DNA of 64,000 nucleotides, taken from IMG/VR virus record IMGVR_UViG_3300022669_000027, positions 3,302 to 67,301 of that record; one strand, given 5' to 3'. How positions within the stretch are numbered: position 1 is the first letter of the stretch; each line of letters starts with the position of its first letter. The notes under the pieces are model-generated. The model made no database searches, was not told the DNA's origin, and worked only from the letters and a program-made list of their open reading frames with translations. Shown here piece by piece: positions 30,944-41,463 of the stretch. Source of the DNA: a virus. The position numbers and the translations under genes are program-made.

Positions 30944-31353
30944 CAGTTGATGTAAGAAATTTGACCTGTAACCGGATCATTTCCGGTTACAAGATCCCTG
31001 GCATAATGGATGGCCGTTAAAATCCCCGATACGAGTATTGTCTCAGGACAAGAAACACCTCCATACCTTAACCGGATTTCCGGTAGAGCTTCATTGGCAA
31101 TAAAAGATTCCAGGGCTGTTAATGTGGAAAGTGGAGCGTCGAATTTAAGTGAGCCACTTGTATAGCCCGATGACTTCTTTCCTTTTACTATGAAATAAGG
31201 ATCACCATAAACAGGTTCCACAATCTCTACGTCAATTTCAGATATGGTTTTTTCAATCTTATCTCCGTCAATCAAATACACTAACCCTATAAGATCCCCA
31301 GAACTGTTAGTGAATCTGAGTTTTTCGTCATTGGCTAAAGCTTGAATAGGCAT
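30940..31353 (-). CDS. Putative distal tail protein
   Basis: Immediately follows the tape measure gene (positional inference only). Confidence 0.5.
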   Translation of the reverse strand: MPIQALANDEKLRFTNSSGDLIGLVYLIDGDKIEKTISEIDVEIVEPVYGDPYFIVKGKKSSGYTSGSLKFDAPLSTLTALESFIANEALPEIRLRYGGVSCPETILVSGILTAIHYARDLVTGNDPVTGQISYINC

Positions 31354-34300
31354 TATCTTCCATCCATTACAGCATCCATCAATTGCTGTGCTCTAGTTTT
31401 TACCTTTGTCCTGGCAGTGTAATCTATTCCATCCAATCGAACAACTGTTGAATTATTTGTTGTGGAATGGTTCGTAGTTGGACCGGGATTGACCGCGCTG
31501 TCTTTATGATTGTCTAGGGCTTCTTTAGGTACTTGCATGGCATTTAGTCTTTCGTACCTGTCGTCTCCATAAAAGTTCATGGCCTCTCTTCTAAGAATAC
31601 CTTCGCCTGCTTGTAGCCAGCTGGCTACGTTATCCCCGGCTGCGCCTCCGTTATCCGGGATTATTCCTGTTCTACGTAAAAACGGATTAGAATGATCATA
31701 GACTATCTTCTGGAAAGCCTTCCCGGAACTACCAACCTTTCCACCATGGGAATGTGCTTCCACGGTCTGTTCGTGAACAGTGACGTAGGTATGGACTTCT
31801 TTGCCGTCTAGTTCGTTAAGTTTCGCAGTAATTTCCTCCAGTTCTAATTTGGCTTTTTCAATTTCTGAGGTGTCTACTTCGATTTGGGCCACAGTAAGAG
31901 TTTTTAACCTTTTGTTGATCTTATCTATCCGGTTTTGGGCCTCCTGGAGAGAAGCCTCCATTGATTTCTTCTCACTGTCTATGGCTTTCGCCGCGTCCTC
32001 GTGTTGTTTTTTGGTTTGGTCCAGTACGTCGTTGAGAATACCGTGAGACTCATTGATTTCTTTTATGGATTTATCAATGGATTGTGCTACCAGGGCCTCT
32101 GCTTCCGCCCTTTCTCTGGCCTCTCTTGCTTTCTTTGCATGATCAGTCTCATCTTTAGGTGGTTCCGTTTTTGGCGGTTCTGGTGCCCTTTGAGTAGACT
32201 CTGCTAAAGCCATGGCCTGTTCCGCTAACTTTTTGGCCCTTTCCAGATCCCCTTCCGCTAAAGCTTCACGGGCCGCAGATTGTTTTTCGTTGATCTCCTT
32301 TACTCTATCTGCGTATTGCTCTTCTTCACTCATGCCTTTCCGCCGAAGATTCCTGATCTTATCTTCTACAGAAAGTTTAAGAGCGGCTTTTTCTTCTTCT
32401 GCAGCTCTGACAGCATCAAGATGGCGTTGTTCTTCTTGGATCATACTGTCTATCATGGAACGATAGCTGTTGATTGCTTCCTGATAAGAGGCTTTTCTTT
32501 TATTCAGTATGTCATTTTCAACTGTACTGCTGTCCAAATCAGAATTAGCATCCAAACGGGCCTGTCTTTCCTTTCTCAATAATTTCTCAGATGCTTCTAC
32601 GAAATTACGGATAACTTCTGCTTTTTTTCTGTAAGCATCTTTATATGCAGCGGCTTCCTTCTGGATCTGTTCCAAATCGGATACATCTGAATTACGAATA
32701 GCTCTTATTCTAGCCTCCGTCACTTCATCTATCGCTGATATTTGAGAACGGGCGGATTCATTAATGGCAGTCGAAAGTTCCGAATATCCTTGTTCCATTT
32801 CTCTGAGATTTTGTTGAATGGAACGATTCGCCTCTTCTTGGACTTTATCAAGTTCTTTAATTGCTTTTTTCTGAGCCTCAACTTGTTCTTTCGTGGCCAC
32901 AGCTGTCCTTTCTGCTTGTTTCTCTACTTCTTCTGCTGCATGTTTAGCCTTTCCCGCTTTCCTGTTGGCCTCTTCTTGGACCTTTATCATTTCCCTGTAC
33001 GAATCTAATACTTCATCTTTTACCTTTCCAGATATCTGGGCTCTTTCCAGGATATTGGATAATTCGTCTACAGAGTATCCGGTCTTTAACGCTTCAGCTA
33101 AAAGTTTGTTCATGCCTGTAGCTGCAGTTTTATGAGCATCCGCCAATTCATGGGTTTTTGATATATTTTTATCGTATGTTCCCGTAGCTTTATTTAGACC
33201 TCTCCAAAACCACTGAGAAGCCTGTCTGACTTTATTGTAACCTTCCGCTCCCTCTTCCTGAATACCATACCAATCCGATAAATGTTGTCTGTGATCATCT
33301 ATGGCATCGGAAGCCGAAGAAGCGGCTTTGGCCTGGGCTTCTAATTGCAAAGCAAAATCCAACTCGTTCTGCTTATCTAATTCTGCTAAGTACTCCTGAA
33401 GGGCTTTCGTATTCTTTTGATACTCTGTCCCTATCTTAGCCAAAACCCTTCCGTGGTCATCTACAGACACACTGGCTGTAGGAAGAATTTCTGCAAGCCG
33501 TTCCTCAGCATTGATGTATTCTTCGGAACCTTCCTTGCTTTCCGAGAACACTTTTTGTAACGCCCGGAGTTCGTTGGCTTGGTCTGTGTATTCTTTTCTG
33601 TTTTGACCTATGGTGTCTGCAAGTTTTTGATGGGCCTTGGCTGCTTTCAGGGAAGAGTCCCCGAAGAGTTTGGCAGCAATTGTAAATGCAGTCAGGGCAG
33701 CTATTGCCACAGCGAGAACAGGGTTGGTAGCTGCCAAAGTAGCAGTCATGGCCCGTATTCCTGTGACTGCAAACTTAGCCACAGACAATAAAGCGGTGAT
33801 TCCGGCAGACATAGTACTGAATCCCGATACCACAGCAGAAAAATTAAAAGCCCCTAACATCCCGATGAATCCAATGCCCTTAGCGGCTAACACAGCCTTG
33901 TGAGCAGCCCCCAATGCGTAAATACCCACAGTTAAAGCAGCAATGGACGCTATGAGCTGAGCATTCTCCCCTACGAATTTAGCAATAGACACTCCCCATG
34001 AAAGAAAAACCGCCGCGATATCTACAATCGTAGATATCAATCCAGTGACTTCATCCTTTGTAGAAGTCAGGGCATTGATGAGTTGTTCTAAGAACTCTAT
34101 GACTTTCCCTTCAGTAGCCCTGCCTATATTTTTTATATACTCACTCCATGCGGAAGAAGTACGACGCAAAGCTCCCCCCAAACCAGCTTCCATTTCTTCT
34201 GATACTCGTTTGGCAGTGCCCGCCGACATATCAAGAGTCTCATTAAGATCATTGATACTATTCTCCCCTATGGATATAAGAGCTGCCATGCCCGGACCTG

Positions 34301-35390
34301 CTACTTTTCCAAACAACGTCAAAGTATCGGAAGCATTAACCCCCGCTTTGGAAAGAAGTCCTACAATTTCGGACATAGACTTCAGGGAACCATCCGAATT
34401 TTTAACATTTACATTCAGTTCCTTAAGTTTATTAGATACTTTAGGGGTTTCATTAAGTAGATTAGACAAAGCCCCCCGTAATACAGTGCCTCCTTTGGAT
34501 CCCTGATATCCGGCGTCTGCAAGTCTGCCTAATAGAGCAGCAGTTTCATTGAATTCATACCCTGCTGCTTTAGCGATAGGTCCCACATATTGGAAAGCAG
34601 TGCCTAATTGAGATAAACTTGTATTAGAATTAGTGAAAGTAGCAACAAGAGTATCGTTTACTTTTCCGAGATCCTCAATCTCTAATCCGTATCCCGTGAG
34701 AACATTGGAAACTATATCAGCCGCCCTGCCAATATCCATCATACCAGCAGAAGCAAGATTCAATACGTCAGGTAAGGCCGCAATGGATTCCTGTACAGAG
34801 AATCCCGCCATAGATAACATCTGTAAAGCTTCTGCTGCCTGGGTGGCTGTATAGCGGGTAGTCTCGCCCATGTTACGGGCCGCTTCTTCCATGAGGGCCA
34901 ACTCAGCAGACGATGCTTTGGCGGTCGCTCCGGCTGCCCGAAGGGTATCATCAAACTGAGCGGTATCTTGTATTACCTGATATAAAGCGAATCCGGCCCC
35001 AGCGACTGCCAGTACAGATTGAAGGGAGGTGGCCCTTGAAATGAGAGACCTCATAGGCTTGAGGCCTGCGTACAATTCCTTATTGAGAAGGGCTATTTCT
35101 CTGGCGGCTTTTCGATGAGCTTCTGCTATCTGAGTAGCAGAACGGGTTCCTGAATTTTTGTATTCATTAAACCCGCGTTTTACTCTGTTGATGTCTGCTA
35201 AGATATCTTTGGCGTTACGAAATCGAACATTGGAAATATTACCAGTGAGGGACTTGATAGTCTGATCGGCTTTTTTAACACCCCTGTCCATCCGGTCAAA
35301 CAGGTCTACCGTGTTGTCAATAGCACCGCCTGTTTTGTCGGCTACAGTAAGGACGATTTCGACTATGCGTGATAAAGTACCAGCGGCCAT
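31353..35390 (-). CDS. Tail tape measure protein (TP901-type core)
   Basis: A..MG.TT.YTA.QAAEA..L..AG, A..G..G..GGT.LR core, hydrophobic middle, coiled coils and C-terminal GG...GD.V..L..GE. Confidence 0.93.
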   Translation of the reverse strand: MAAGTLSRIVEIVLTVADKTGGAIDNTVDLFDRMDRGVKKADQTIKSLTGNISNVRFRNAKDILADINRVKRGFNEYKNSGTRSATQIAEAHRKAAREIALLNKELYAGLKPMRSLISRATSLQSVLAVAGAGFALYQVIQDTAQFDDTLRAAGATAKASSAELALMEEAARNMGETTRYTATQAAEALQMLSMAGFSVQESIAALPDVLNLASAGMMDIGRAADIVSNVLTGYGLEIEDLGKVNDTLVATFTNSNTSLSQLGTAFQYVGPIAKAAGYEFNETAALLGRLADAGYQGSKGGTVLRGALSNLLNETPKVSNKLKELNVNVKNSDGSLKSMSEIVGLLSKAGVNASDTLTLFGKVAGPGMAALISIGENSINDLNETLDMSAGTAKRVSEEMEAGLGGALRRTSSAWSEYIKNIGRATEGKVIEFLEQLINALTSTKDEVTGLISTIVDIAAVFLSWGVSIAKFVGENAQLIASIAALTVGIYALGAAHKAVLAAKGIGFIGMLGAFNFSAVVSGFSTMSAGITALLSVAKFAVTGIRAMTATLAATNPVLAVAIAALTAFTIAAKLFGDSSLKAAKAHQKLADTIGQNRKEYTDQANELRALQKVFSESKEGSEEYINAEERLAEILPTASVSVDDHGRVLAKIGTEYQKNTKALQEYLAELDKQNELDFALQLEAQAKAASSASDAIDDHRQHLSDWYGIQEEGAEGYNKVRQASQWFWRGLNKATGTYDKNISKTHELADAHKTAATGMNKLLAEALKTGYSVDELSNILERAQISGKVKDEVLDSYREMIKVQEEANRKAGKAKHAAEEVEKQAERTAVATKEQVEAQKKAIKELDKVQEEANRSIQQNLREMEQGYSELSTAINESARSQISAIDEVTEARIRAIRNSDVSDLEQIQKEAAAYKDAYRKKAEVIRNFVEASEKLLRKERQARLDANSDLDSSTVENDILNKRKASYQEAINSYRSMIDSMIQEEQRHLDAVRAAEEEKAALKLSVEDKIRNLRRKGMSEEEQYADRVKEINEKQSAAREALAEGDLERAKKLAEQAMALAESTQRAPEPPKTEPPKDETDHAKKAREARERAEAEALVAQSIDKSIKEINESHGILNDVLDQTKKQHEDAAKAIDSEKKSMEASLQEAQNRIDKINKRLKTLTVAQIEVDTSEIEKAKLELEEITAKLNELDGKEVHTYVTVHEQTVEAHSHGGKVGSSGKAFQKIVYDHSNPFLRRTGIIPDNGGAAGDNVASWLQAGEGILRREAMNFYGDDRYERLNAMQVPKEALDNHKDSAVNPGPTTNHSTTNNSTVVRLDGIDYTARTKVKTRAQQLMDAVMDGR

Positions 35391-35782
35391 TATAAAGCTC
35401 CCAATGCTCTCCCGAATTTAAGCCAATTGCCACGTACTTCGTTAGAGCTTATTTTTTTCTTTTTTCTTCTGTCCGAATCGGCCCCGGCTTCCTTTTCCAA
35501 AGCTTTCGTGTATTCTACAAAACCCTCATCTTTGTATAGTGCACTGGCCCGTATAGTATGGGCTAACAACACATGACTCGCCAGTAACTCTTTATTTTTA
35601 CTTAACTGGTGTCTTTTTGCTGCCCTAACATAGACAGCAAAAAGACCCGGATGATACTCCATTATCTCTGAATGAGTATGGCCTTGACGAATTAACGCTG
35701 CGAAGAGGTCTCCGATATCTTCTTGAGGAATCCCAGATTCTTCATTTTGCTGATTGTTTTCGCCAAGGCTACCCAATTTTTT
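35390..35782 (-). CDS. Tail assembly chaperone, frameshift extension (gpT-like)
   Basis: Lies in the -1 frame of the upstream chaperone and begins at the slippery heptamer A AAA AAT (35776-35782). Confidence 0.8.
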   Translation of the reverse strand, partial: KKLGSLGENNQQNEESGIPQEDIGDLFAALIRQGHTHSEIMEYHPGLFAVYVRAAKRHQLSKNKELLASHVLLAHTIRASALYKDEGFVEYTKALEKEAGADSDRRKKKKISSNEVRGNWLKFGRALGAL

Positions 35783-36138
35783 GAGAAACCTTCCTGAGAC
35801 ACTATATTGACATAAATAACAGCCTCAATTAACTCCATATGGATAACTGGAGAATTGATCTTGAGCAAGGAAGTTCTGTTTATTCCAGTCAACAATTCAT
35901 ACAATCCTATGGCTTCATCAACCATAGCTTCTATGATCATATCCATATGTTCCGCGTAATTGTTGAGAGTAATTCCGTTTTCCCTCAATTTATCAAACAG
36001 TTTCGCGATTTGAGGGGCTATTCTGGGAATCATTGTCAACGAAGGCGGTTTGATGACCACAGCGGTCTTCCCGATCATCACAGTTTTTTCGCAAGCATAT
36101 TGCGCAAGATCACTCTCCGGTATATCTATGAACGTCAT
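35692..36138 (-). CDS. Tail assembly chaperone (gpG-like)
   Basis: Between the tail tube and tape measure genes, with a slippery site at F-S-K-N-W. Confidence 0.82.
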   Translation of the reverse strand: MTFIDIPESDLAQYACEKTVMIGKTAVVIKPPSLTMIPRIAPQIAKLFDKLRENGITLNNYAEHMDMIIEAMVDEAIGLYELLTGINRTSLLKINSPVIHMELIEAVIYVNIVSQEGFSKNWVALAKTISKMKNLGFLKKISETSSQR

Positions 36139-36163
36139 GATTTATATCCTGCTGAAATTAATA

Positions 36164-37177
36164 TTACTGTTCAATGATCATGTCAATGTAAGGACTATCA
36201 GGATGATCCGTCAAATCCGCCAGAAGCTCGAACTGCAAAGAAATCTCCGTCAGAGCATCCCCGATGTATGCCCGGTCCCCCTGCGGAGTAATAGAAGCTC
36301 TGTGAGCAACAAATTCCGCATCCGGCCCAATGGCATTGTCGGAAACGAACCGGAACCGGCCTTCCACGTCGATATTGGTGAAGAAAGTAATGAGAGAATA
36401 GGTTGACTCTGCATAATTCACCCTGACATTGACGGTATCACCGTCCCCGATGGAAGATCCTGTGGCAGGAATAAGAAATCGCCCGACTTTTTCATCTTTC
36501 AAAGATGTATCTACTTTATAATCGGTATTAGCGACATAAGTGGTGGTATCACCTGAATCTTTTACATTGATAAGACCCGCTTGAAATGATTCTGGTGTGT
36601 CCACAAGAGCGTCCCCTGCTACACTTCCTGTAATGGCCTCGTCAGCCACAAAGGTGCCGCTGGTAAGCATAATCACTAATGTTCCTGCATTAGCGTCCCC
36701 TACAACAGCAATGACTTCCCCTGTAGCTCCACCAGCACTGGTAACAATCTCGTCTTCTGCAAAAAGAGCAGGGGCTCCAGAAGCTTTGTACACAAGATGA
36801 TACAACCCTATGTTTCGTTTACCGAGAACGGTTCTCAATCCTGTTTCTGCAATGAAACTGGTATCAAGATACCCCGCGTCTTGAGTCTCTGTAGAAAGAG
36901 TTCCGAGCGCAGCCAGTACCTGATTATCTTCCGTAATTTCATCAAGGGTAGCCGTGAGAGTAGGAGTGATCTCGATGGGTTTATTGAGATCACGGTTGCG
37001 CAATCCTGATCGACTCGAATAATGAGTCAAATACTCAATCGCCACATTAGATGCGAGAGCCGGGATGTTTCCCAAATCTCGTTCACCGTGATATATTCCA
37101 GTAGTTGGATCTTTCACCGCAAAATATCCTACGCCCTTTCCGAGTTGATAGTTGTCTGTATTTGGTGTTGTAGCCAT
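36164..37177 (-). CDS. Major tail tube protein with an inserted domain
   Basis: NY.LGKG..YF...R.LGN...HYSSRSG and EG.FRFV.DN..G motifs, a strong RBS and the expected position. Confidence 0.8.
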   Translation of the reverse strand: MATTPNTDNYQLGKGVGYFAVKDPTTGIYHGERDLGNIPALASNVAIEYLTHYSSRSGLRNRDLNKPIEITPTLTATLDEITEDNQVLAALGTLSTETQDAGYLDTSFIAETGLRTVLGKRNIGLYHLVYKASGAPALFAEDEIVTSAGGATGEVIAVVGDANAGTLVIMLTSGTFVADEAITGSVAGDALVDTPESFQAGLINVKDSGDTTTYVANTDYKVDTSLKDEKVGRFLIPATGSSIGDGDTVNVRVNYAESTYSLITFFTNIDVEGRFRFVSDNAIGPDAEFVAHRASITPQGDRAYIGDALTEISLQFELLADLTDHPDSPYIDMIIEQ

Positions 37178-37286
37178 TATGTTACTCCTTTCAAAATATT
37201 CACTGTACCCAACCGGAAGGGCCGCCTGTTTTGTCCTGCCGGAACATCACATCACTTTTTCTCATCCCAATTACATAGGATATGAT

Positions 37287-37706
37287 TTATAAACCGGGAT
37301 CCATGTACGTCATAGCGAGAATTAACTGCATACCTACCACATCCGAAAGAGTACGATAACTCATAGGCCCTATGGCCCGGACTTCTCTGACTACGCAGTT
37401 ATCTGCCAATTTAGGATCAACCAAAACTTTTTTACGAAATTGAATAAAAAAAGCCCGGATATCGAAAGAGGAAACATGAATCAATTCAAAAACAATCTCC
37501 ACTTCCCTTTTGGCCGGATATCCAAGCCAGCTTCGAGACGAAGGCTTCACCACCCGATCCGTCCCCTCAGTCATAAAAACACATAAAAGATCGTCCTGTT
37601 CCACTGGTTGTGAGGGAGTCCGGCGAAATGTCTTTATATCCAGTTCTATTCTGGAATTCTTGACCCTGTTATATAATTCCTGAAGAGCCTCTTCCCGATT
37701 TTCCAT
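37287..37706 (-). CDS. Tail terminator/completion protein
   Basis: Size and position between the neck genes and the tail tube. Confidence 0.65.
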   Translation of the reverse strand: MENREEALQELYNRVKNSRIELDIKTFRRTPSQPVEQDDLLCVFMTEGTDRVVKPSSRSWLGYPAKREVEIVFELIHVSSFDIRAFFIQFRKKVLVDPKLADNCVVREVRAIGPMSYRTLSDVVGMQLILAMTYMDPGL

Positions 37707-37711
37707 AAGAG

Positions 37712-38131
37712 TTATCCAAACACAAAATCATTGATTTGGCTTTGCAGTTTATCCGCGAAACCCCCTTCATCTCCAAGAACCGGACCAGCCACACCTCCCA
37801 CTGCCTGTGTTGACCAGATTCGCCCGTCCAACTCTATTGTTTTTTCTCCGGCAGCAGCCCAGGGAGCTTCCCCTACAGGAGAACCATATTCAAGCACCAC
37901 TGCATAGGGCATCCGGTTAAATACGGACACTGATGCTATCTCGCCTCTAGAAAGAGGCTCTTCTTTAAAATCCCACTCTGCACGAAATACTCCGCTATCC
38001 ACCGGGGAATTATCAGTCAAAGCAGCTATCAAATCAAGAGCGGCTTTATTAAGGGCTATATCTGCGAGTCCTTTTATTTCATCCCTATCCGGCAATATAT
38101 CATCATGTTTTACTGATATACGGAAAGACAT
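37712..38131 (-). CDS. HK97 gp10-like neck protein
   Basis: SPVDSG.FR..W, N..PYA..LEYG and S.QA..G motifs. Confidence 0.82.
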   Translation of the reverse strand: MSFRISVKHDDILPDRDEIKGLADIALNKAALDLIAALTDNSPVDSGVFRAEWDFKEEPLSRGEIASVSVFNRMPYAVVLEYGSPVGEAPWAAAGEKTIELDGRIWSTQAVGGVAGPVLGDEGGFADKLQSQINDFVFG

Positions 38132-38490
38132 TATACCTTCCTCAAAAGCAACACGTACATGGCATCTGCTGCATCAATAAACTTTTCCTTTATTTCATAA
38201 ACCTGCCCGTCTTCCCTTCTTATCTGTCCTTTATTTCCGATAGGGACAGAAATAGACAAAGACGGAATCAACCCTTTTATATCTTTCTTTTTAAAAACAT
38301 AAGTCCAGCCATAATAATCAAGATCCTTGGCTGTAAATTCGTCACATATAATTTGACATGTGTTTTCTGTACTGACGGGATCGTCGAAACCATTGTCCTC
38401 AGTCTCAATGTAAGTAGCGGGCCGGGGAATATCGCCAGTGATTTTAAAAGCCGCCATAGCGGCTTTCTGAAAAACATTTCTCATTCCCAT
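38131..38490 (-). CDS. Head closure/head-tail joining protein
   Basis: Position, plus a C-terminal G..Y.I....D.A...Y.L.LR pattern. Confidence 0.7.
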   Translation of the reverse strand: MGMRNVFQKAAMAAFKITGDIPRPATYIETEDNGFDDPVSTENTCQIICDEFTAKDLDYYGWTYVFKKKDIKGLIPSLSISVPIGNKGQIRREDGQVYEIKEKFIDAADAMYVLLLRKV

Positions 38491-38491
38491 A

Positions 38492-38983
38492 TCACCACCT
38501 CACCACACGCGCCTGGGAAACTGCAGGTTGTCTTCCGTATTCCGCGATTGCCTTCCAGACCGCCTCCGGGATAGTCCGGGCTTTCGTTTTAGGATCAGCC
38601 ACAATTTGCAATGAACCTACTTTCAATGAATGATATCCTGCCATATCGTCGGTAGCGGTCAAATCTTCTTCAAGCATTACGTAGGCCATCTCACAAGTGG
38701 CCTCCTTGACCGCTACCGGGATAATATGGTTAGGGATAAAGTAACCGTCACGATCCACCGCGCCGTCCGCAGGCCAATGGAGGGCCTGTGTTCCAGTCTT
38801 CTTGATTCCTTGCCATTTTACCCATCTTTCTAATAAACGGGTAGCCGTTATCAACGCGGCTTTTTTGTCTGCAAAAGGACCCCAAAGACTTGAGTGTAGT
38901 CTAGTCTTGAAATAGGCTTTCGCCTCCTCCAATGTTACATAAGTATCGGAACTAGACCCACCGGGAGTAGCATCAAATGACAT
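38492..38983 (-). CDS. Head-tail connector (DnaT-like family adaptor)
   Basis: D.YVTLEEA..YF..R, AL..AT..L, Q.L.WP and IP..VK.A.CE.A motifs. Confidence 0.82.
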   Translation of the reverse strand: MSFDATPGGSSSDTYVTLEEAKAYFKTRLHSSLWGPFADKKAALITATRLLERWVKWQGIKKTGTQALHWPADGAVDRDGYFIPNHIIPVAVKEATCEMAYVMLEEDLTATDDMAGYHSLKVGSLQIVADPKTKARTIPEAVWKAIAEYGRQPAVSQARVVRW

Positions 38984-38994
38984 GATACATTATC

Positions 38995-39198
38995 CTATTT
39001 CTTGGTTGCGGCCCGCTTTCTTACTGCGGCCCGTTTGGGAGCAGACTCTTTGACTTCGCCAGAATCTGTACCAGAGGATTCCGGTTTCTTGTCTGACTTT
39101 TCTGCTTCATAAAGCTCGTGCTTGTCAGGGTCAAAGTCCCGCTCATTGATCAGGCACGATCCTTCGCCGCGCCTGATCTTGACTGTCTTCAGTTTCAT
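38995..39198 (-). CDS. Small head-associated protein
   Basis: TVKI......IN..DFDP..H.L motif, directly after the capsid gene, with a GGAGG RBS before MKLK. Confidence 0.65.
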   Translation of the reverse strand: MKLKTVKIRRGEGSCLINERDFDPDKHELYEAEKSDKKPESSGTDSGEVKESAPKRAAVRKRAATKK

Positions 39199-39235
39199 GG
39201 GAACCTCCATACACTGAATATTTACATATTACGGA

Positions 39236-40372
39236 TTAGCCCAGCAGACGACAACCCAGATCAGCCCGTACCATCTCGCCGCCGAACAGAATATCATAAC
39301 TGAATCGTGTCCGTTTATGCTCGCGAGAAACTTCCAAACGCAGGGCAAGCCCGGAGACCGGATCAACAGCAGACTGAATAAGGTTACCCAGACCCTGAGT
39401 ATTATCAGTCAAGGGGCGAGTAGCGAACGCGATACAATCACGATGAAAAGCCAGATTCACAACATGGTCTGCCAATACGGAAACGGCGGCTGTATCAGAC
39501 AGGTCTTCTGCGATCTTAGTAGTCATTGTGACATTCGCATTACTGGAAGCACCAATAGTTACATCTTCCAGTACCGCATACGGAATATCAGAACCTGCAA
39601 ATTCAAGAATGTCCCCGGCCAGCAACGTGCCTCCTGCAGTGGAAGCAATATTAACCACATACACCGGATTGGCAGGATCAACGACAACATCTCCATTCAC
39701 GGTTCCGTCCGTCAGGGTACCGGCTTTATGGGAAGGAATGTTCTGATCCATATGCCATACAAAACCCAGTTTGGGAGTAAGGATACCGGATTGAATAACT
39801 GTAGGATCACCGGCCCAGGAAGTATCCTGGAAAGCTCGCAGGTTCAGGGCATTGGCTTCCGCATCCGGATCAAGAACGGCCCGACGATCCGCCAGAGGAG
39901 CGAGCTGCTTGTTCAGTACTTTTCGGGCATCAGTCGCATCAGTGGTATTACTTGCGAGCGGAGTAACGCCGGGGGCACCTGCATACGCCGGGATCTTCTT
40001 GTATTTAGACAAGAGAAATTTATCCACTTCATTGCCCAGGGCTTTAATGGCCTCGGAGGCCTGCATCGGAATAACGCCGGAAACAATTTCCACCATGTCC
40101 TTATCGGTCAGATAAAAAGGAGCTTCCTTCCACTGGTCCAACGGAATATTAACATTGGTAGGTTTGACATCGCCTGTACTGGGAGCATTAGCCGCCGGGG
40201 TAACGTCCTGTGCCTGGATGGCAGACGGAATGGGAACATCAATGGAGGCTCCTTTTTGGGCTGCAATGGCATCGTAATCGGAATTTACCAGCCGGGGCAT
40301 AACGCAATTTTCGCGAAGTGCCAGAAGTCCCTGCGCCAGTAACTGGGGGATGACCTTTGTGAGATCGTTCAT
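39236..40372 (-). CDS. Major capsid protein (P22 coat/gp5-like)
   Basis: L..LREN.VM..LVN.DY, G..I..P.P, NLAFHRD..A.ATRPL and D.L.G motifs, with a strong RBS. Confidence 0.88.
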   Translation of the reverse strand: MNDLTKVIPQLLAQGLLALRENCVMPRLVNSDYDAIAAQKGASIDVPIPSAIQAQDVTPAANAPSTGDVKPTNVNIPLDQWKEAPFYLTDKDMVEIVSGVIPMQASEAIKALGNEVDKFLLSKYKKIPAYAGAPGVTPLASNTTDATDARKVLNKQLAPLADRRAVLDPDAEANALNLRAFQDTSWAGDPTVIQSGILTPKLGFVWHMDQNIPSHKAGTLTDGTVNGDVVVDPANPVYVVNIASTAGGTLLAGDILEFAGSDIPYAVLEDVTIGASSNANVTMTTKIAEDLSDTAAVSVLADHVVNLAFHRDCIAFATRPLTDNTQGLGNLIQSAVDPVSGLALRLEVSREHKRTRFSYDILFGGEMVRADLGCRLLG

Positions 40373-40405
40373 TTCTATACTCCTTGTTTTGATTCATGTA
40401 GTCAC

Positions 40406-40502
40406 AAAAAAACCTTCCGCACAGTGATTAGGCAGAATGGTCGTAAGCAGTGAATTTTTAAATTCCCACCGGGAACCAAACCGCCTGCACCGCAGGAAGG
40501 TT
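40406..40502 (-). promoter_or_regulatory. Long imperfect hairpin followed by a U-tract between the scaffold and capsid genes
   Basis: aaccttcc/ggaaggtt outer stem with nested stems, followed by a T-run on the minus strand. Confidence 0.55.
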
Positions 40503-40531
40503 CGTAATGTGAAACTACAACTTATTGTCCG

Positions 40532-41308
40532 TTACTGGACAGTTGCTTTACCGGATGCAATAGCCTCCAGATTATTACCGAAGGCCACAGGATCGTTCGG
40601 CGCGATACGTTTTGAAGGCTGCTGTGTCCCACCGGAACGATTTCCGGGACTCCCGCCCCCGGAAGCAGTCTCAAATAAGAAACCAGCTGTTTCCTGAAGA
40701 CCGTTAGCCCATTCTACAAACGTCATAGGGGCCTTTCCATCTTTACCGAAAATAGGATTACCGTCAGGGCCTATGGGCGTAGGCTTGCCGTCCATCAATT
40801 TGAATAAAGAACGGCCTCGATTCATGATATCTTCCATTGCCCCCTGTCTGGGCTTGCCAACTTCATTGATGGCTTGCTGGATCTGAGAATCAATCAGTAC
40901 AGTGGAAAGTTGAGCTGACAAGGAATTTCTTTCTGTGTCCAGTTCCTCCACTTTGGCTTGAAGAGCCTTGGTCTGGCCTTCAAAATCCTGTTTCATACGT
41001 TCCACACGAGTATTGACGAGTTTATCGACTTCGCCAGCCTCCAGGAGTTTTTTATCAGCAGCCTCCTGTTTCAACTTCATGGCCTGTTTATATTCAGTCA
41101 GATCAACGCCGTCGAACTGTTTCAATTTCTTTTCCAGTTCTTCCTTGACCTTCATTAACTGAATATTGTTGTCCCGAAATTCTCCAAGCTGAGTTTTAGG
41201 CACAACATCGTCATCGAGCTTCAGACAGAGTTTTCCGTTTTTCTCTTCATAGGCAGAAGCGAACCCCTCCGGGATTTGATCTGCACTATCGACAACCAAT
41301 TTCAACAT
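40532..41308 (-). CDS. Capsid scaffolding protein
   Basis: Coiled coil with EFRDNNI and a C-terminal LF..ASGGGS.G...IASGK, upstream of the capsid gene. GGAGG RBS before MLKLVV. Confidence 0.8.
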   Translation of the reverse strand: MLKLVVDSADQIPEGFASAYEEKNGKLCLKLDDDVVPKTQLGEFRDNNIQLMKVKEELEKKLKQFDGVDLTEYKQAMKLKQEAADKKLLEAGEVDKLVNTRVERMKQDFEGQTKALQAKVEELDTERNSLSAQLSTVLIDSQIQQAINEVGKPRQGAMEDIMNRGRSLFKLMDGKPTPIGPDGNPIFGKDGKAPMTFVEWANGLQETAGFLFETASGGGSPGNRSGGTQQPSKRIAPNDPVAFGNNLEAIASGKATVQ

Positions 41309-41463
41309 TGAGCACCTCCGGTACACAGTTGTTTAAATAAAAAATAAACCTTCGATATTCAATTTATACGAAATAATGATGAAAAAGTAAAGAAAATTTT
41401 TAACAGAAAAATAAAAAAAACAGGAACTTACTTTCGATTCTTTCTTTTCTTTCGATTTTTTCC

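Noticed and set aside
39317-40342. 341-aa antisense ORF over the capsid gene
   Set aside because: No recognisable motif, unlike the intein-nested frames. It is best explained as a codon-bias shadow ORF.
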